Assembly: GCA_934254925.1 (NCBI GenBank)
Contig: CAKQMD010000002.1
Location: forward strand, 17,841-81,840
Direction: 5' to 3'
Source of the DNA: an uncultured Alphaproteobacteria bacterium
GTDB lineage: Bacteria; Pseudomonadota; Alphaproteobacteria; RF32; CAG-239
DNA: 64,000 bases
Positions 38,125 through 48,280 of the stretch are shown here, one piece after another. Within the stretch, counting starts at the first letter, position 1. Each line of letters starts with the position of its first letter. The notes under the pieces were generated by a model. It did no database searches, was not told where the DNA came from, and worked only from the letters and a program-made list of their open reading frames with translations. The position numbers were made by a program, and so were the translations under genes.

Positions 38125-39072
38125 TTATTCTTTATGAGCCGCGCGGCGGATGCGATCGTTGATGGCTAAGCCCAGGCCGGTTTCGGGAATGGGGGACATG
38201 GCCAGGCTTTTGACGCCGGCAAGTTCGTCGGCACGCCGCATATAAGCAAAGAGGTTGGCTGCCGCTTCCTGCAAGTCTCCTTTGGGGCTGAGGTTGAGGT
38301 CGGCGTCTTTGACGCGGCCAAAGCCGATCAGAAACTCTTTTTCCTGTTTATAGAGGGCGTTGATGCGCAGCGAATGTGCCGGTGCGTAGTGTTTCAGCAA
38401 TTGTCCGGGAGCGCTCGGAAGATTGGGGTTTCCGTGGGAGATGATGATCTTTTCGTTGAGAAAATCCTCCAACTCTTCCAGGCTGACGCCGCCGGCGCGC
38501 AGCATGACGACATTGGGACCGGTGACGTCGATGATGGTTGATTCGACGCCGACTCGGCAAGGGCCGCCATCGAGGATAATCTTGACCTTTTCGCCGAGGC
38601 TGTCATAAACATGACGGGCCGTTGTCGGGCTGATGCTTTTGAATTTGTTGGCCGAAGGGGCGACGATCGGGACGCCGCTTTTTTTGATAAGAGCCTGGGC
38701 GACCGGATGTGCCGGCATGCGTACGGCGATTTTGGGTAAGCCGGAACAGGCAAGATCCAGCGATGGGTTATGATCGCTTCGTTCCAGAACGAAAGTCAAC
38801 GGGCCGGGCCAAAATTTGCGGGCCAAGGAAAGAACGCGGCTGTCCGTCCGGGCATATTGAGGCAAAAAATCGGGATCGGCAATATGGGAGATGAGCGGAT
38901 CAAAAGACGGGCGTTCCTTGGCGGCAAAGATGGCGGCAACGGCCGCCGCGTTATAAGCGTCGGCTCCGAGGCCGTAGACCGTCTCGGTGGGAAAAGCGAC
39001 AAGTTCGCCGGATTTGATGGCTGATGCGGCCAATTCAAGGCTGGCGGCATCGGCAGGGTATATCGTCTGCAT
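38125..39072 (-). CDS. L-threonylcarbamoyladenylate synthase (Sua5/YrdC/TsaC family, with Sua5 C-domain)
   Basis: A YrdC-like N-terminus (...PTETVYGLGADA...) lies in a 315-aa ORF. Confidence 0.85.
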   Translation of the reverse strand: MQTIYPADAASLELAASAIKSGELVAFPTETVYGLGADAYNAAAVAAIFAAKERPSFDPLISHIADPDFLPQYARTDSRVLSLARKFWPGPLTFVLERSDHNPSLDLACSGLPKIAVRMPAHPVAQALIKKSGVPIVAPSANKFKSISPTTARHVYDSLGEKVKIILDGGPCRVGVESTIIDVTGPNVVMLRAGGVSLEELEDFLNEKIIISHGNPNLPSAPGQLLKHYAPAHSLRINALYKQEKEFLIGFGRVKDADLNLSPKGDLQEAAANLFAYMRRADELAGVKSLAMSPIPETGLGLAINDRIRRAAHKE

Positions 39073-39232
39073 TTTGATCCTGATTTTATGGTTAACGGTT
39101 ACTCATTTAGCACTTTTGGGGGCGGAAAGTCAATCTTTTCTTCAAGACTTAAAAAAAATCCGTTTTTTTTATAAAAAATTATCCTTTTCTGACTTATGTT
39201 TAGAATAAATAGATAAAGGAAAGGAGAATCGG

Positions 39233-40621
39233 ATGCTTGAAATTATTTTTACGGAAGACAAGAAAGCAACGGCAGACGTCGAAGTGGTTTTGGTTCCTGA
39301 AAAAAACAAACCGGAGTTTGTTACCACTTATGACAAGAAACAGAAAAAGCTGCTGGCTTATATCGGCGACAAGTTGGACGTCGTCTGCTTGCAGAAACTC
39401 GGCGGCAAATTGGCCAAGGAACTGTTTTATGATCAGTCGGCAATCATTCGCGTGGAGAAAATAAAAGGACTGAAGCTCAATGAGGGGGAAATTGCCCAGA
39501 ATATTGCCTTTGGATTGGAGCTCGGTGCTTATCGCTTTGATAAGTATTTTACCAAGAAAAAGCAGGATGAGTTTCCGAATTTAGACAAGATCATTCTGAC
39601 GGTGAAAAGTGCCGGAAAGGTGATGGAAGCGTATCGGCATTTTGCCGCGCTCGGCAATGCGGTGCGTTATGCGCGGGATTTGTGCAACGAACCGGCCAAT
39701 CATCTGACGCCGGAACTTTTTGCCAATGATATCAAACGGTTGGAATATCTGGGGTTGGAAGTGGATATTCTGGATCGCAAGATGATGGAAGAAAAGGAGT
39801 TTAACCTGGCTTTGGCCGTGGCGCGGGGATCTGACAAAGAGCCTCGGGTCGCCGTGATCAAATGGCGGGGAAAACCCAAGAGCAAGGGCTATCAGTTCGG
39901 TTTGGTCGGCAAAGGCGTGACTTTTGATTCCGGCGGAATTTCTCTTAAGCCCTCAAACGGCATGTGGGAAATGAAAGGCGACATGACCGGTGCCGCGGTT
40001 ATGGTTGCCAGCATGAAGGCTTTGGCTTTGCAGAAACTTCCGGTAAATGCCGTGGCGGTTGTCGGCTTGGTTGAAAATATGCCTGACGGCGGCGCGACAA
40101 AGCCGGGAGACGTCATCACTTCCATGTCGGGACAAACGGTGGAAGTGATTGACACCGATGCCGAAGGCCGTTTGGTCTTGGGTGATTGCCTGTGGTATAT
40201 TCAGCAGGAGTTCGGGGTTAAAACGCTGATAGACGCCGCGACTCTGACCGGAGCAACCATGCGGGCCTTGGGCAACGTTTATGCCGGAATTTTTGCCAAT
40301 GACGATCAGTTGTGCCAAAAGTTGGTCGCGGCGGGAGATCTTGTCGAAGAGCGCTTGTGGCGTCTGCCTTTGAACGAGACTTATGACAAATGGATTAATT
40401 CGGAAATTGCCGATATTCGCAATTTGTCGACAGTTCCCAATGCCGGAGGATCGACAGCGGCCTGCTTTTTGCAGCGTTTTGTGCAGCCGGGCGTGGCTTG
40501 GGCGCATTTGGACATTGCCGGCGTTGACCGCGAGGACAAGGGAACGCCTTTGGTGCCGAAAGGGCCGACGGCGTTTGGCATTCGCCTGCTGAACAAATTT
40601 GTGCATGAGACTTATTTGTAA
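39233..40621 (+). CDS. pepA: Leucyl aminopeptidase (M17)
   Basis: NTDAEGRLVL and other M17 metal-ligand motifs are present. Confidence 0.9.
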   Translation: MLEIIFTEDKKATADVEVVLVPEKNKPEFVTTYDKKQKKLLAYIGDKLDVVCLQKLGGKLAKELFYDQSAIIRVEKIKGLKLNEGEIAQNIAFGLELGAYRFDKYFTKKKQDEFPNLDKIILTVKSAGKVMEAYRHFAALGNAVRYARDLCNEPANHLTPELFANDIKRLEYLGLEVDILDRKMMEEKEFNLALAVARGSDKEPRVAVIKWRGKPKSKGYQFGLVGKGVTFDSGGISLKPSNGMWEMKGDMTGAAVMVASMKALALQKLPVNAVAVVGLVENMPDGGATKPGDVITSMSGQTVEVIDTDAEGRLVLGDCLWYIQQEFGVKTLIDAATLTGATMRALGNVYAGIFANDDQLCQKLVAAGDLVEERLWRLPLNETYDKWINSEIADIRNLSTVPNAGGSTAACFLQRFVQPGVAWAHLDIAGVDREDKGTPLVPKGPTAFGIRLLNKFVHETYL

Positions 40622-40625
40622 ACGC

Positions 40626-40656
40626 TAAAAAGCCGGGAATGTTCCCGGCTTTTTTC
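40626..40656. terminator. Bidirectional terminator
   Basis: AAAAAGCCGGGAATGTTCCCGGCTTTTTTC. This is near-identical in design to the terminator at 5250-5279. Confidence 0.6.
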
Positions 40657-41371
40657 ATTTTGAGCCCATAATGACTCGCAGCGGAGGAATCTCTCTGTCC
40701 AAATGCAGAAAATAGCCGCTGTCGGGATCGTCTTTCAGCTCCCAGATTTGGTTGTTTACACGGACTTTTTCTCCGACGTTTAACGCTTCCCAATTGATGT
40801 CGTTAAAATCATGGCGTTCAAAGAAACAAGCGTCGTGGGGAAACATGTTCCACAGGGTAAAGGTGTTTTCGGAAGTCTGGACACGCCACATCAGGGTTAG
40901 AACTTTTTGCGGTTTGGCCACCGGGGTGACTTTTACCGCGTAGGCCTTCAGGATTTCTATTTGATGTATCTTGGCCAGGCCGAAAACGTCTTCTTCAAGG
41001 GTGATGGCATACAGCCCTTTGATAACCATTCCGAGGGCAGGATCTTTTACCAGCTTGAACGGGACGCCGTTTCTTAAGAACAGTTTGTTGGGCATAATCT
41101 GAACGGGATCTTGGGTAAGAACCGCTTCCGGCGCAAGGTAGTCCGTTTCTTCGGCTTTAAAAGCCGCCAAAAAATGGAAATTATTGTCCGAATCGCAAAC
41201 GGACCAATAAATGTCGCGCTGATGATTAATTTCCAGTAAATATAATTCGACAAACCGACTAGAGAATTTGCCTGCAAAGTGGTTTGACGCTTCCAACGAC
41301 GAAGGAAACAAACAAGTCTCGTCCAGGGGCAGAAGATATTGTTCCGGAATGCTCTGAGAAGAAAGTTTCAT
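40655..41371 (-). CDS. Hypothetical cytoplasmic protein (238 aa)
   Basis: Intact ORF with no recognised motif. Confidence 0.5.
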   Translation of the reverse strand: MKLSSQSIPEQYLLPLDETCLFPSSLEASNHFAGKFSSRFVELYLLEINHQRDIYWSVCDSDNNFHFLAAFKAEETDYLAPEAVLTQDPVQIMPNKLFLRNGVPFKLVKDPALGMVIKGLYAITLEEDVFGLAKIHQIEILKAYAVKVTPVAKPQKVLTLMWRVQTSENTFTLWNMFPHDACFFERHDFNDINWEALNVGEKVRVNNQIWELKDDPDSGYFLHLDREIPPLRVIMGSK

Positions 41372-41529
41372 AATGATATATATTTTAAGGTTTGTAATAT
41401 TAATAATATTGTTATGGGGATAGTTTAATGTATGTTGTCTAAATTTGTCAATCGTTTTTGAGGGAGGCGGTTCATTTTGGAAATAAAAAACCCCGGGATG
41501 ACAATGTCATGCCGGGGAAATTGTTTTTT

Positions 41530-42123
41530 TTACGGTAAATTGCAAAAGACGGGTTTTCCCTTTTCTGTTGCCATGAACCAATTGCTTCCGTTCATTCTGA
41601 ATTCGTCATTCAGGTGAAGCTCTTTTAATTCATGTTGGCGAGGATTGTATTTGATCTCCTTTTGCAAAACATGAATCATTATTTTTTTGTGGCCGGAAGA
41701 GGCGACAAAAACGGCGTTAACGGCTTCTTGGTTATTTTTGTCAAGAAGTAGTGCCGGTTTGAACACCAGTCCCGGGAATATTTCTTCCGCGATGAATTGA
41801 TTGATGACTTTCGTTACCGGAGTGATCCAGTGGCGAGTCGACGCTTTGTCGGTGTAATAGCGCCAAACTGCGTTTTTGTGGATGAAATAGGTGTTGCATT
41901 CTATTTCTTTCCATTTTTTGCCACAGGTTTCGGCAGGGATTAAATGTTCTTTGTCGAAACATATTTTAGTGCTTTTCCCGTCAAAGATGATCCAACCGAA
42001 CTCGTCGTCAGTCGTCAAAACCAAACGCGGATATTTTACTGATGTGGTTTTTCGTCTTTCTTTTTTTACAAGGCTTTTAACAAAGGCGTAAAACCCTTCT
42101 CTGTTGTTATAAGTGTTACACAT
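41530..42123 (-). CDS. Hypothetical protein (197 aa)
   Basis: Intact ORF. A terminator hairpin lies immediately downstream (41486-41528). No recognised motif. Confidence 0.5.
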   Translation of the reverse strand: MCNTYNNREGFYAFVKSLVKKERRKTTSVKYPRLVLTTDDEFGWIIFDGKSTKICFDKEHLIPAETCGKKWKEIECNTYFIHKNAVWRYYTDKASTRHWITPVTKVINQFIAEEIFPGLVFKPALLLDKNNQEAVNAVFVASSGHKKIMIHVLQKEIKYNPRQHELKELHLNDEFRMNGSNWFMATEKGKPVFCNLP

Positions 42124-42267
42124 AATAGGATGATTTAAAAATTAATAATAAGGTTAATTGACAAAATTTATAGCATATTCTGTCAATAAGGGCAAGCAAA
42201 AAATGATCTTTTTTCAAAGAAAATAAAAAAAGCCCTTGAAAAAGGGCTTGGAGTAAGGGATTGGAGC

Positions 42268-42705
42268 TTATTCTTTTTCCACAGGCTTACCGAAAAGCAG
42301 GTACATGTTTTTGGTTATGCCGCGGGAGATCTTGTCGGCGTTGTTGTTGATACGCTCTTCGCGGAATGCGTTTTCTCCGTTGCTGTTGGCCGTGTAGATT
42401 GTTTTTTGGTCTTGTTCCATCATGCGTTGGAGTCTGTGGTGATCTTGCTTGGCATAATATTCGCAATATTTCTCAAAATAGTAAGCCAGATGTTTGACGT
42501 CTTCGACTTTTCCGGCTTGTTTATGCGCCTCAATCTTAACCAGAGCTTTTTCAATGACGGCGCGGCGCTCAGCCCCGTTTAAGCGCGCAAAAGCGCTGTC
42601 CTTTCGGGGTTCTCCGCGACGAACATAGTCCTGGTGGTACAATTGGCCGGAACGTGGCGTTGAGGATGTTGTTTTTTCTTTTTTATTATTCATAATCAGT
42701 CTCAA
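42268..42705 (-). CDS. Hypothetical basic protein (145 aa)
   Basis: Intact ORF, lysine/arginine-rich. Confidence 0.45.
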   Translation of the reverse strand: MRLIMNNKKEKTTSSTPRSGQLYHQDYVRRGEPRKDSAFARLNGAERRAVIEKALVKIEAHKQAGKVEDVKHLAYYFEKYCEYYAKQDHHRLQRMMEQDQKTIYTANSNGENAFREERINNNADKISRGITKNMYLLFGKPVEKE

Positions 42706-42834
42706 ATTGGTTGTTAGGGTTTATTAATGAGCTGATTTTGCCTTTTTCGCGTTTCTTTGTCAAAGAAAGTTGCGAGTAATTAACAGAAATTTTTATTTGC
42801 GGGTATTTTTGTCGACAAATGATATGGGGCATAA

Positions 42835-42900
42835 AAAAACTCCCCGTCTCCCGCTGCGTCTTTTGACGGAACAAACAACGGGGACGGGGAGTTTAAGGTC
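42835..42900 (-). terminator. Rho-independent terminator downstream of PFOR
   Basis: The minus strand reads CTCCCCGTCCCCG...CGGGAGACGGGGAG followed by TTTTTTT. Confidence 0.55.
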
Positions 42901-42911
42901 AGAGAAGAGGC

Positions 42912-45900
42912 TTATTCGGCCGTTTTGAATTCAGCCATATGCTCTAACAGAGACCGTTTTTCGTTAACGTTTTCCTGAGCCTTATTCAACAAGGTTTCAT
43001 AACGCTCGGGGTTCATTTTGTTAACAACCTGGAAGCGGGTTTCATTCGCCATATAGTCAGCCAGCGGCTTACTCGGCGCTTTGGAATCCAGCATCAGGGG
43101 CGCCTTGCCTTCCTTGATGTTTTCCGGGTTGTAACGATACAGCGGCCAAGAACCGGATTCGACGGCCGACTTCTGGTGATCCAGACCGTCTGCCAGGTTG
43201 AAGCCCTGGGCAATACAGTGCGAGTATGCAATGATGATGGACGGGCCGTCAAAGGCTTCCGCTTCATTCATGGCTTTGATCACCTGAGTGTCGTTGGCGC
43301 CGAAAGCAACCTGAGCGACATAGACGTTGCCGTAAGACATGGCAATCATGCCGAGGTCTTTTTTCGGCAGAGCCTTACCGGCCGTGGCAAACTTGGCCGA
43401 AGCGCCCATCGGGGTCGCTTTGGACTGCTGACCGCCGGTGTTGGAATAAACGCCGGTATCCATGACCAGGATATTGATGTTTTTGCCGCTGGCAATCGCG
43501 TGATCCAACCCACCGAAGCCAATATCATAGGCCCAGCCGTCACCGCCGAGGATCCAAACCGATTTTTTGATCAGGTAATCGGCCAGTTTGTCGAGGTGTT
43601 TGGCTTCCGGCGTGTTGATTGCGGCCAGTTTGTCACGCAAGGCTTTGACATTGGCACGTTGATCGTCAATCTCAATATCGGTGTTTTGCGGATTGTTCAA
43701 AATCTTGTCCGTCAGGTCAGCGCCGATTTGTTCTTTGAGGCCCGTCAACAGGGTCTTGGCAAAATGAGTCTGCTGATCAATGGAGAATCTCATGCCCAGG
43801 CCGAATTCGGCGTTGTCTTCAAACAAAGAGTTGGCCCAAGCCGGTCCGTGGCCTTTTTCATCCTTGGCATAAGGCGTGGTCGGCAGGTTGCCGGAGTAAA
43901 TGGAGGAACAACCCGTTGCGTTGGCCACAACCATGCGGTCGCCGAAGAGCTGGGTCAACAGTTTGACGTAAGGTGTTTCACCGCAGCCGGCGCAAGCACC
44001 GGAGAATTCGAACAACGGCTGAATCATCTGCGTGGTCTTCGGCAATTTCTTCTCTACCTCGGTCCGTTTGACATAGGGGAGGGTTTCAAAGAATTTCCAA
44101 TTGGCGACTTCGGCTTCCAGATGATTTTCGATGTGGTCCATGTTGATGGCTTTCTTCGAAGGATCAGCCTTGTTTTTGGCCGGGCAGGCCGAGGTGCAGA
44201 TGCCGCAACCGGTGCAGTCTTCAGGAGAAATTTGCAGAATGAATTTCTTGCCAGCGAATTCCTTGCCTTTATAGTCTGCCGATTTCAAGCTTGCCGGAGC
44301 GTTTTTCAATTCTTCTTCCGAAGCGACTTTCATACGGATGACGCCGTGCGGGCAGACCAAAGAACATTTGCCGCACTGGATGCAGGTTTCGGGATCCCAG
44401 ACCGGGATTTCTGTTGCGATGCAGCGTTTTTCGTATTGGGTGGTGCCAGTCGGCCAGGTGCCGTCTACGACTTTTTCAAATGCCGAAACCGGGAGCTCGT
44501 TGCCGCGGTCGGCGATGATCTCGCCGGTCAGTTTTTTGACAAATTCGGGCGCATCGGCCGGAACAGGAGGCAGACGATGGAATTTAGAGGTGACCTGGGT
44601 TGGGTATTCGACCTTGTGCAGATGCGCCAAGGAAGCGTCCACAGCCTGGAAGTTCTTTTGAACGACGGCGTCGCCTTTTTTGCTGTAGGTTTTCTTGATG
44701 GCGTTTTTGATCTGAGCGATTGCTTCTTCTTTGGGCAAAATATTGGAAATTGCAAAGAAGCAGGTCTGCATCACAGTGTTGATGCGCTGACCCATACCGG
44801 TTTCGCGGGCGACTTCTACGGCATTGATGGTGTAGAAGTTAAGTTTTTTGCCGATGATTTCTTCCTGAACTTCAATCGGCAGGTGATCCCAGACTTCCTC
44901 GGCCTTGAAAGGGGCGTTGAGCAGGAAGGTGGCGCCGGGTTTGGCGATCTTTAAGATATCGACCTTGTTCATGAAGGGGAACTGGTGGCAGGCCACGAAG
45001 TCGGCTTTGTTGATGAGATAAGCCGATTTGATCGGGTTATCCGAAAAACGCAGGTGCGACGTGGTCATTGAGCCGGATTTGCGGGAATCGTAAACGAAAT
45101 AGCCCTGGCCATATTTTCCGGCGTCTTCGGCAATGATCTTGATGGAGTTCTTATTGGCGCCGACCGTTCCGTCTGCTCCCAGGCCGTAAAAGACCGCGCG
45201 AACGACGTCTTTGGGTTCGGTGTCGATCGAATCGTCAAAGGGCAGGGACGTGTGGTTGACGTCGTCGTTAATGCCCACGGAGAAACCGTTGATCGGTTTG
45301 GCGGAAGCTGCGTTGTCGAAGACGGCTTTGACCATTCCCGGAGTGAACTCCTTGGAAGACAAACCGTAGCGGCCGCCGTAAATCTTGGGCATGTTGGCGA
45401 TTTCGCCTTTGGCAAAGGCCTGGGTTAAGGTGGCGACAACATCCAAATACAAGGGTTCGCCGGTGGAACCGGATTCTTTGGTACGATCCAGAACGGAAAC
45501 GACTTTGGCCGTTTTGGGCAGCGCTTTTAAGAAAGACTTCTCGGGGAAAGGACGATACAGGTGAACTTTGACCACGCCGAGTTTTGCTCCTTGAGCGTTC
45601 AAATAGGTAATGGCTTCTTCAACCGTTTCGGCGCCAGACCCCATGATGACGATCACTTGCTCGGCATCCGGAGCTCCAAAGTAGTCGACAACGTGATATT
45701 GGCGGCCGGAGATCTTGGCAAACTTATCCATTTCTTCCTGGACGATGCCTTCGACTTTGGCATAGAAGGGGTTGGAGGCTTCGCGACCCTGGAAGAAGAC
45801 GTCGGGGTTCTGAGCGGTGCCGCGGATAACCGGCGCTTCAGGACGCAGAGCGTTTTTGGCGTTGAACTGGTAATCGACGCCTTCAAGCATGGCGCGCAGA

Positions 45901-46472
45901 TCATCGTCAGAAAGCAGTTTGATCTTTTTGATTTCGTGCGAGGTGCGGAAACCGTCGAAGAAATGCATGAAAGGAACGCGAGAACGCAGCGTCGAGGTTT
46001 GGGCAATCGCCGCCATGTCATGCGCTTCCTGAACCGAATTGGAACACAGCATGGCAAAACCGGTCTGGCGACAGCTCATAACGTCCGTATGATCGCCAAA
46101 AATCGACAGGGCATGATAAGCCAGCGAACGGGCGGCGACATGCATGACGAAAGGCGACAATTCGCCGGCGATTTTGTACATGTTCGGAATCATCAGGAGC
46201 AAACCTTGCGAGGCGGTGAAGGTCGTGGTCAGCGAACCGGCCTGAATCGAACCGTGGCAGGCGCCGGCGGCACCGGCTTCCGACTGCATTTCCTGGACTT
46301 CGGGAATAACGCCCCAAATGTTTTTTTGTTTGGCTGCAGACCACGCATCGGCCCATTCGCCCATCGGGGAAGACGGAGTGATCGGGTAAATAACGCAGAC
46401 TTCGTTCATGCGGTGGGCAACGGAAGCAGCAGCTTCGTTACCGTCCATCATTTTCATTTTTACTTCTGACAT
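42912..46472 (-). CDS. nifJ: Pyruvate:ferredoxin (flavodoxin) oxidoreductase, single-polypeptide NifJ/PFOR type
   Basis: 1186 aa. Two 4Fe-4S ferredoxin motifs (CIQCGKCSLVCP, CTGCGICTSACP) and a TPP-binding C-terminal domain (GGDGW) are present. Confidence 0.9.
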   Translation of the reverse strand: MSEVKMKMMDGNEAAASVAHRMNEVCVIYPITPSSPMGEWADAWSAAKQKNIWGVIPEVQEMQSEAGAAGACHGSIQAGSLTTTFTASQGLLLMIPNMYKIAGELSPFVMHVAARSLAYHALSIFGDHTDVMSCRQTGFAMLCSNSVQEAHDMAAIAQTSTLRSRVPFMHFFDGFRTSHEIKKIKLLSDDDLRAMLEGVDYQFNAKNALRPEAPVIRGTAQNPDVFFQGREASNPFYAKVEGIVQEEMDKFAKISGRQYHVVDYFGAPDAEQVIVIMGSGAETVEEAITYLNAQGAKLGVVKVHLYRPFPEKSFLKALPKTAKVVSVLDRTKESGSTGEPLYLDVVATLTQAFAKGEIANMPKIYGGRYGLSSKEFTPGMVKAVFDNAASAKPINGFSVGINDDVNHTSLPFDDSIDTEPKDVVRAVFYGLGADGTVGANKNSIKIIAEDAGKYGQGYFVYDSRKSGSMTTSHLRFSDNPIKSAYLINKADFVACHQFPFMNKVDILKIAKPGATFLLNAPFKAEEVWDHLPIEVQEEIIGKKLNFYTINAVEVARETGMGQRINTVMQTCFFAISNILPKEEAIAQIKNAIKKTYSKKGDAVVQKNFQAVDASLAHLHKVEYPTQVTSKFHRLPPVPADAPEFVKKLTGEIIADRGNELPVSAFEKVVDGTWPTGTTQYEKRCIATEIPVWDPETCIQCGKCSLVCPHGVIRMKVASEEELKNAPASLKSADYKGKEFAGKKFILQISPEDCTGCGICTSACPAKNKADPSKKAINMDHIENHLEAEVANWKFFETLPYVKRTEVEKKLPKTTQMIQPLFEFSGACAGCGETPYVKLLTQLFGDRMVVANATGCSSIYSGNLPTTPYAKDEKGHGPAWANSLFEDNAEFGLGMRFSIDQQTHFAKTLLTGLKEQIGADLTDKILNNPQNTDIEIDDQRANVKALRDKLAAINTPEAKHLDKLADYLIKKSVWILGGDGWAYDIGFGGLDHAIASGKNINILVMDTGVYSNTGGQQSKATPMGASAKFATAGKALPKKDLGMIAMSYGNVYVAQVAFGANDTQVIKAMNEAEAFDGPSIIIAYSHCIAQGFNLADGLDHQKSAVESGSWPLYRYNPENIKEGKAPLMLDSKAPSKPLADYMANETRFQVVNKMNPERYETLLNKAQENVNEKRSLLEHMAEFKTAE

Positions 46473-46745
46473 ATTTGATCCTTAAAAGTAAAAGTTAACA
46501 CAAAAAAAGCCTCAAGATCAGACGGTTTTATGCCTGATCTGCCGGCTTTTGACATTTAATAGAATCTTTTATGCGCGTTTTATAACATAGAAAAATTTTA
46601 AAGACCAGTGAAAAATGAGGTTATTATCCGCATAAATTCAGCAGCAGTTTTTCGAAAGATGTGCAGGAATTTTTTTTGCGGTTGATGTTTGGGAAGAGTT
46701 TTTTTATAGTGCAGACATTGATGATGTTTTCAAAGGAGACAGAAG

Positions 46746-47057
46746 ATGAACAAATTATCTGCCGTATTGATCGCTGTCGGTATTTTGGCCGGTTGCAGCG
46801 AGCTTTCGACTTTGGTGCCGAGCAGCGACAAAACGCCGCTGACAACGCAGGGACAGCTTAATTCCTGTATGTTGACCGAAGCAAACGATCGTTTGCAGGC
46901 CGGAACGTTGTTTACTTCCGGTCTGGGAATCAGGGAAACGGCTAAAGATATTGCCGGAGTCTGCATAAAAAAATTGGCTTTGCAGAAGGCCGGGTTGGAT
47001 ACGCAAGCCGTGACGCAGGCAACGAATATTCTGAACTCGCTGAAAGCGGCGCAATAG
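46746..47057 (+). CDS. Small lipoprotein
   Basis: A signal peptide with the lipobox ILAGC lies in a 103-aa ORF. Confidence 0.5.
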   Translation: MNKLSAVLIAVGILAGCSELSTLVPSSDKTPLTTQGQLNSCMLTEANDRLQAGTLFTSGLGIRETAKDIAGVCIKKLALQKAGLDTQAVTQATNILNSLKAAQ

Positions 47058-47138
47058 GCGGGCAAGGCAAAGCCCCCGCCTGCAAGACGGGGCTTTTGGG
47101 GTTTTAAAGTTCCAGTCGACAACCGTCGGCAGCGGCCG

Positions 47139-47971
47139 TCAATTGAACTTTTTTCCAAGCGGCAACACATAGCGTTGGGCAATGTGGCCGTAAGGAAAGT
47201 TCTTGACGATTACTTTGTCTGGATACCTGTGTGCAAATTCATCAAGGTAAAAGTTTATATCTTCCTTTGAATTTGTTTGGGTAAAAGCGCCGAAAACAAT
47301 GCCTTTTACCTGAGAAAAGCCTTTTTGTAAAGACAGTTGCGTCAGCATTCTGTCAATGCGGGCAGGGCTTTCTCCCACATCTTCCAGCATTAAAACGGAA
47401 TTTTTAAGTTTCGGCATGTAGGGTGTTCCCGTCAGTGAGCAAAAGCTCGTCAGGTTGCCGCCCAAAAGCCTTCCTTCCGTTTTCCCGATACCAGACTTTC
47501 TCCGCCCGTACAGCTTTGCCTTTGGTTTGCCAAGCAGTTATACAAAGACGATAAGACGATCGGGGCGATTTCTCGGTAACGGGAGTAATCGTATTTGAAA
47601 ACAAATCCCGTCGGGCAAATTATGTTTTTGACTTTAGCCAGCAGACCGTTTTGCAAAGCGGTCGTGTCGCTGAAGCCGAAAACCAATTTGGGATTTTGAC
47701 GAATGATTGCAAAATCTAAGTACTCCAAAAGTTGGAGAGATCCCAGCCCTCCCTGCGCTTCAACAAGAGCGACAGTTTGTTTGTCTTCAAAAGCTTTCAT
47801 TACTTGCGCGGCGCGTTCTTGTGCCGTGGCGGCATAATGACCGTGAGATGATCCCGGTCCGCAGGTTTCCACATGATAGATCTTGGGTAATCTGCCGACT
47901 GCCAAACCAATGTCTACAAGAGCCTTTTCAGATACTCTGGAGGCACTTTCGATGATTTTTATTGTTTCCAT
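47139..47971 (-). pseudogene. ldcA: LD-carboxypeptidase (peptidase S66) disrupted by a frameshift near 47450-47465
   Basis: The N-terminal ORF (47450-47971) carries the nucleophile motif GFSDTTAL. The C-terminal ORF (47139-47465) carries the catalytic PYGH region. The two halves lie in different frames and overlap by 16 nt. Confidence 0.55.
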
Positions 47972-48145
47972 AATATATTTTTTTTAATAATTTGCAAAAT
48001 TATACAAAACTACCTTCATAATATAACATTATTCCGGCGTTTTGTCAAAAACAATTGTCAATGATTGATGACGGCAAAAAACGGTGGACGATGAAAATTT
48101 TTCTTGATTTATTTTCAGTTTCGTTTATGTTCAAACTGCTTTCAG

Positions 48146-48219
48146 GCGAGTATAGTTCAATGGTAGAACGTGAGCTTCCCAAGCTTAGGATGCGGGTTCG
48201 ATTCCCGTTACTCGCTCCA
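48146..48219 (+). tRNA. tRNA-Gly (anticodon CCC)
   Basis: GCGAGTATAGTTCAATGGTAGAACGTGAGCTTCCCAAGCTTAGGATGCGGGTTCGATTCCCGTTACTCGCTCCA, with anticodon loop TTCCCAA. Confidence 0.85.
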
Positions 48220-48280
48220 TTCCCGGGGGCTGATGGGGCGAGGTGAAATGTCGCCGTGTTGCGGATTTTCCTTTCGGGCA

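Noticed and set aside
41530-42123. Possible SRAP/YedK-like (Cys2 nucleophile) protein suggested by the N-terminal MC
   Set aside because: Beyond the Met-Cys start, the sequence does not show the conserved SRAP core motifs I would expect, so the resemblance is too weak to call.
43176-44954. 592-aa plus-strand ORF inside the PFOR gene
   Set aside because: Antisense to the 1186-aa PFOR, which has unmistakable Fe-S and TPP motifs. The G/V/F/D-rich translation is artefactual.
48170-48280. ORF-track start of murI at 48170
   Set aside because: It would overlap tRNA-Gly (48146-48219). The conserved MurI N-terminus (KIGIFDSGLGG) begins around 48281-48305.
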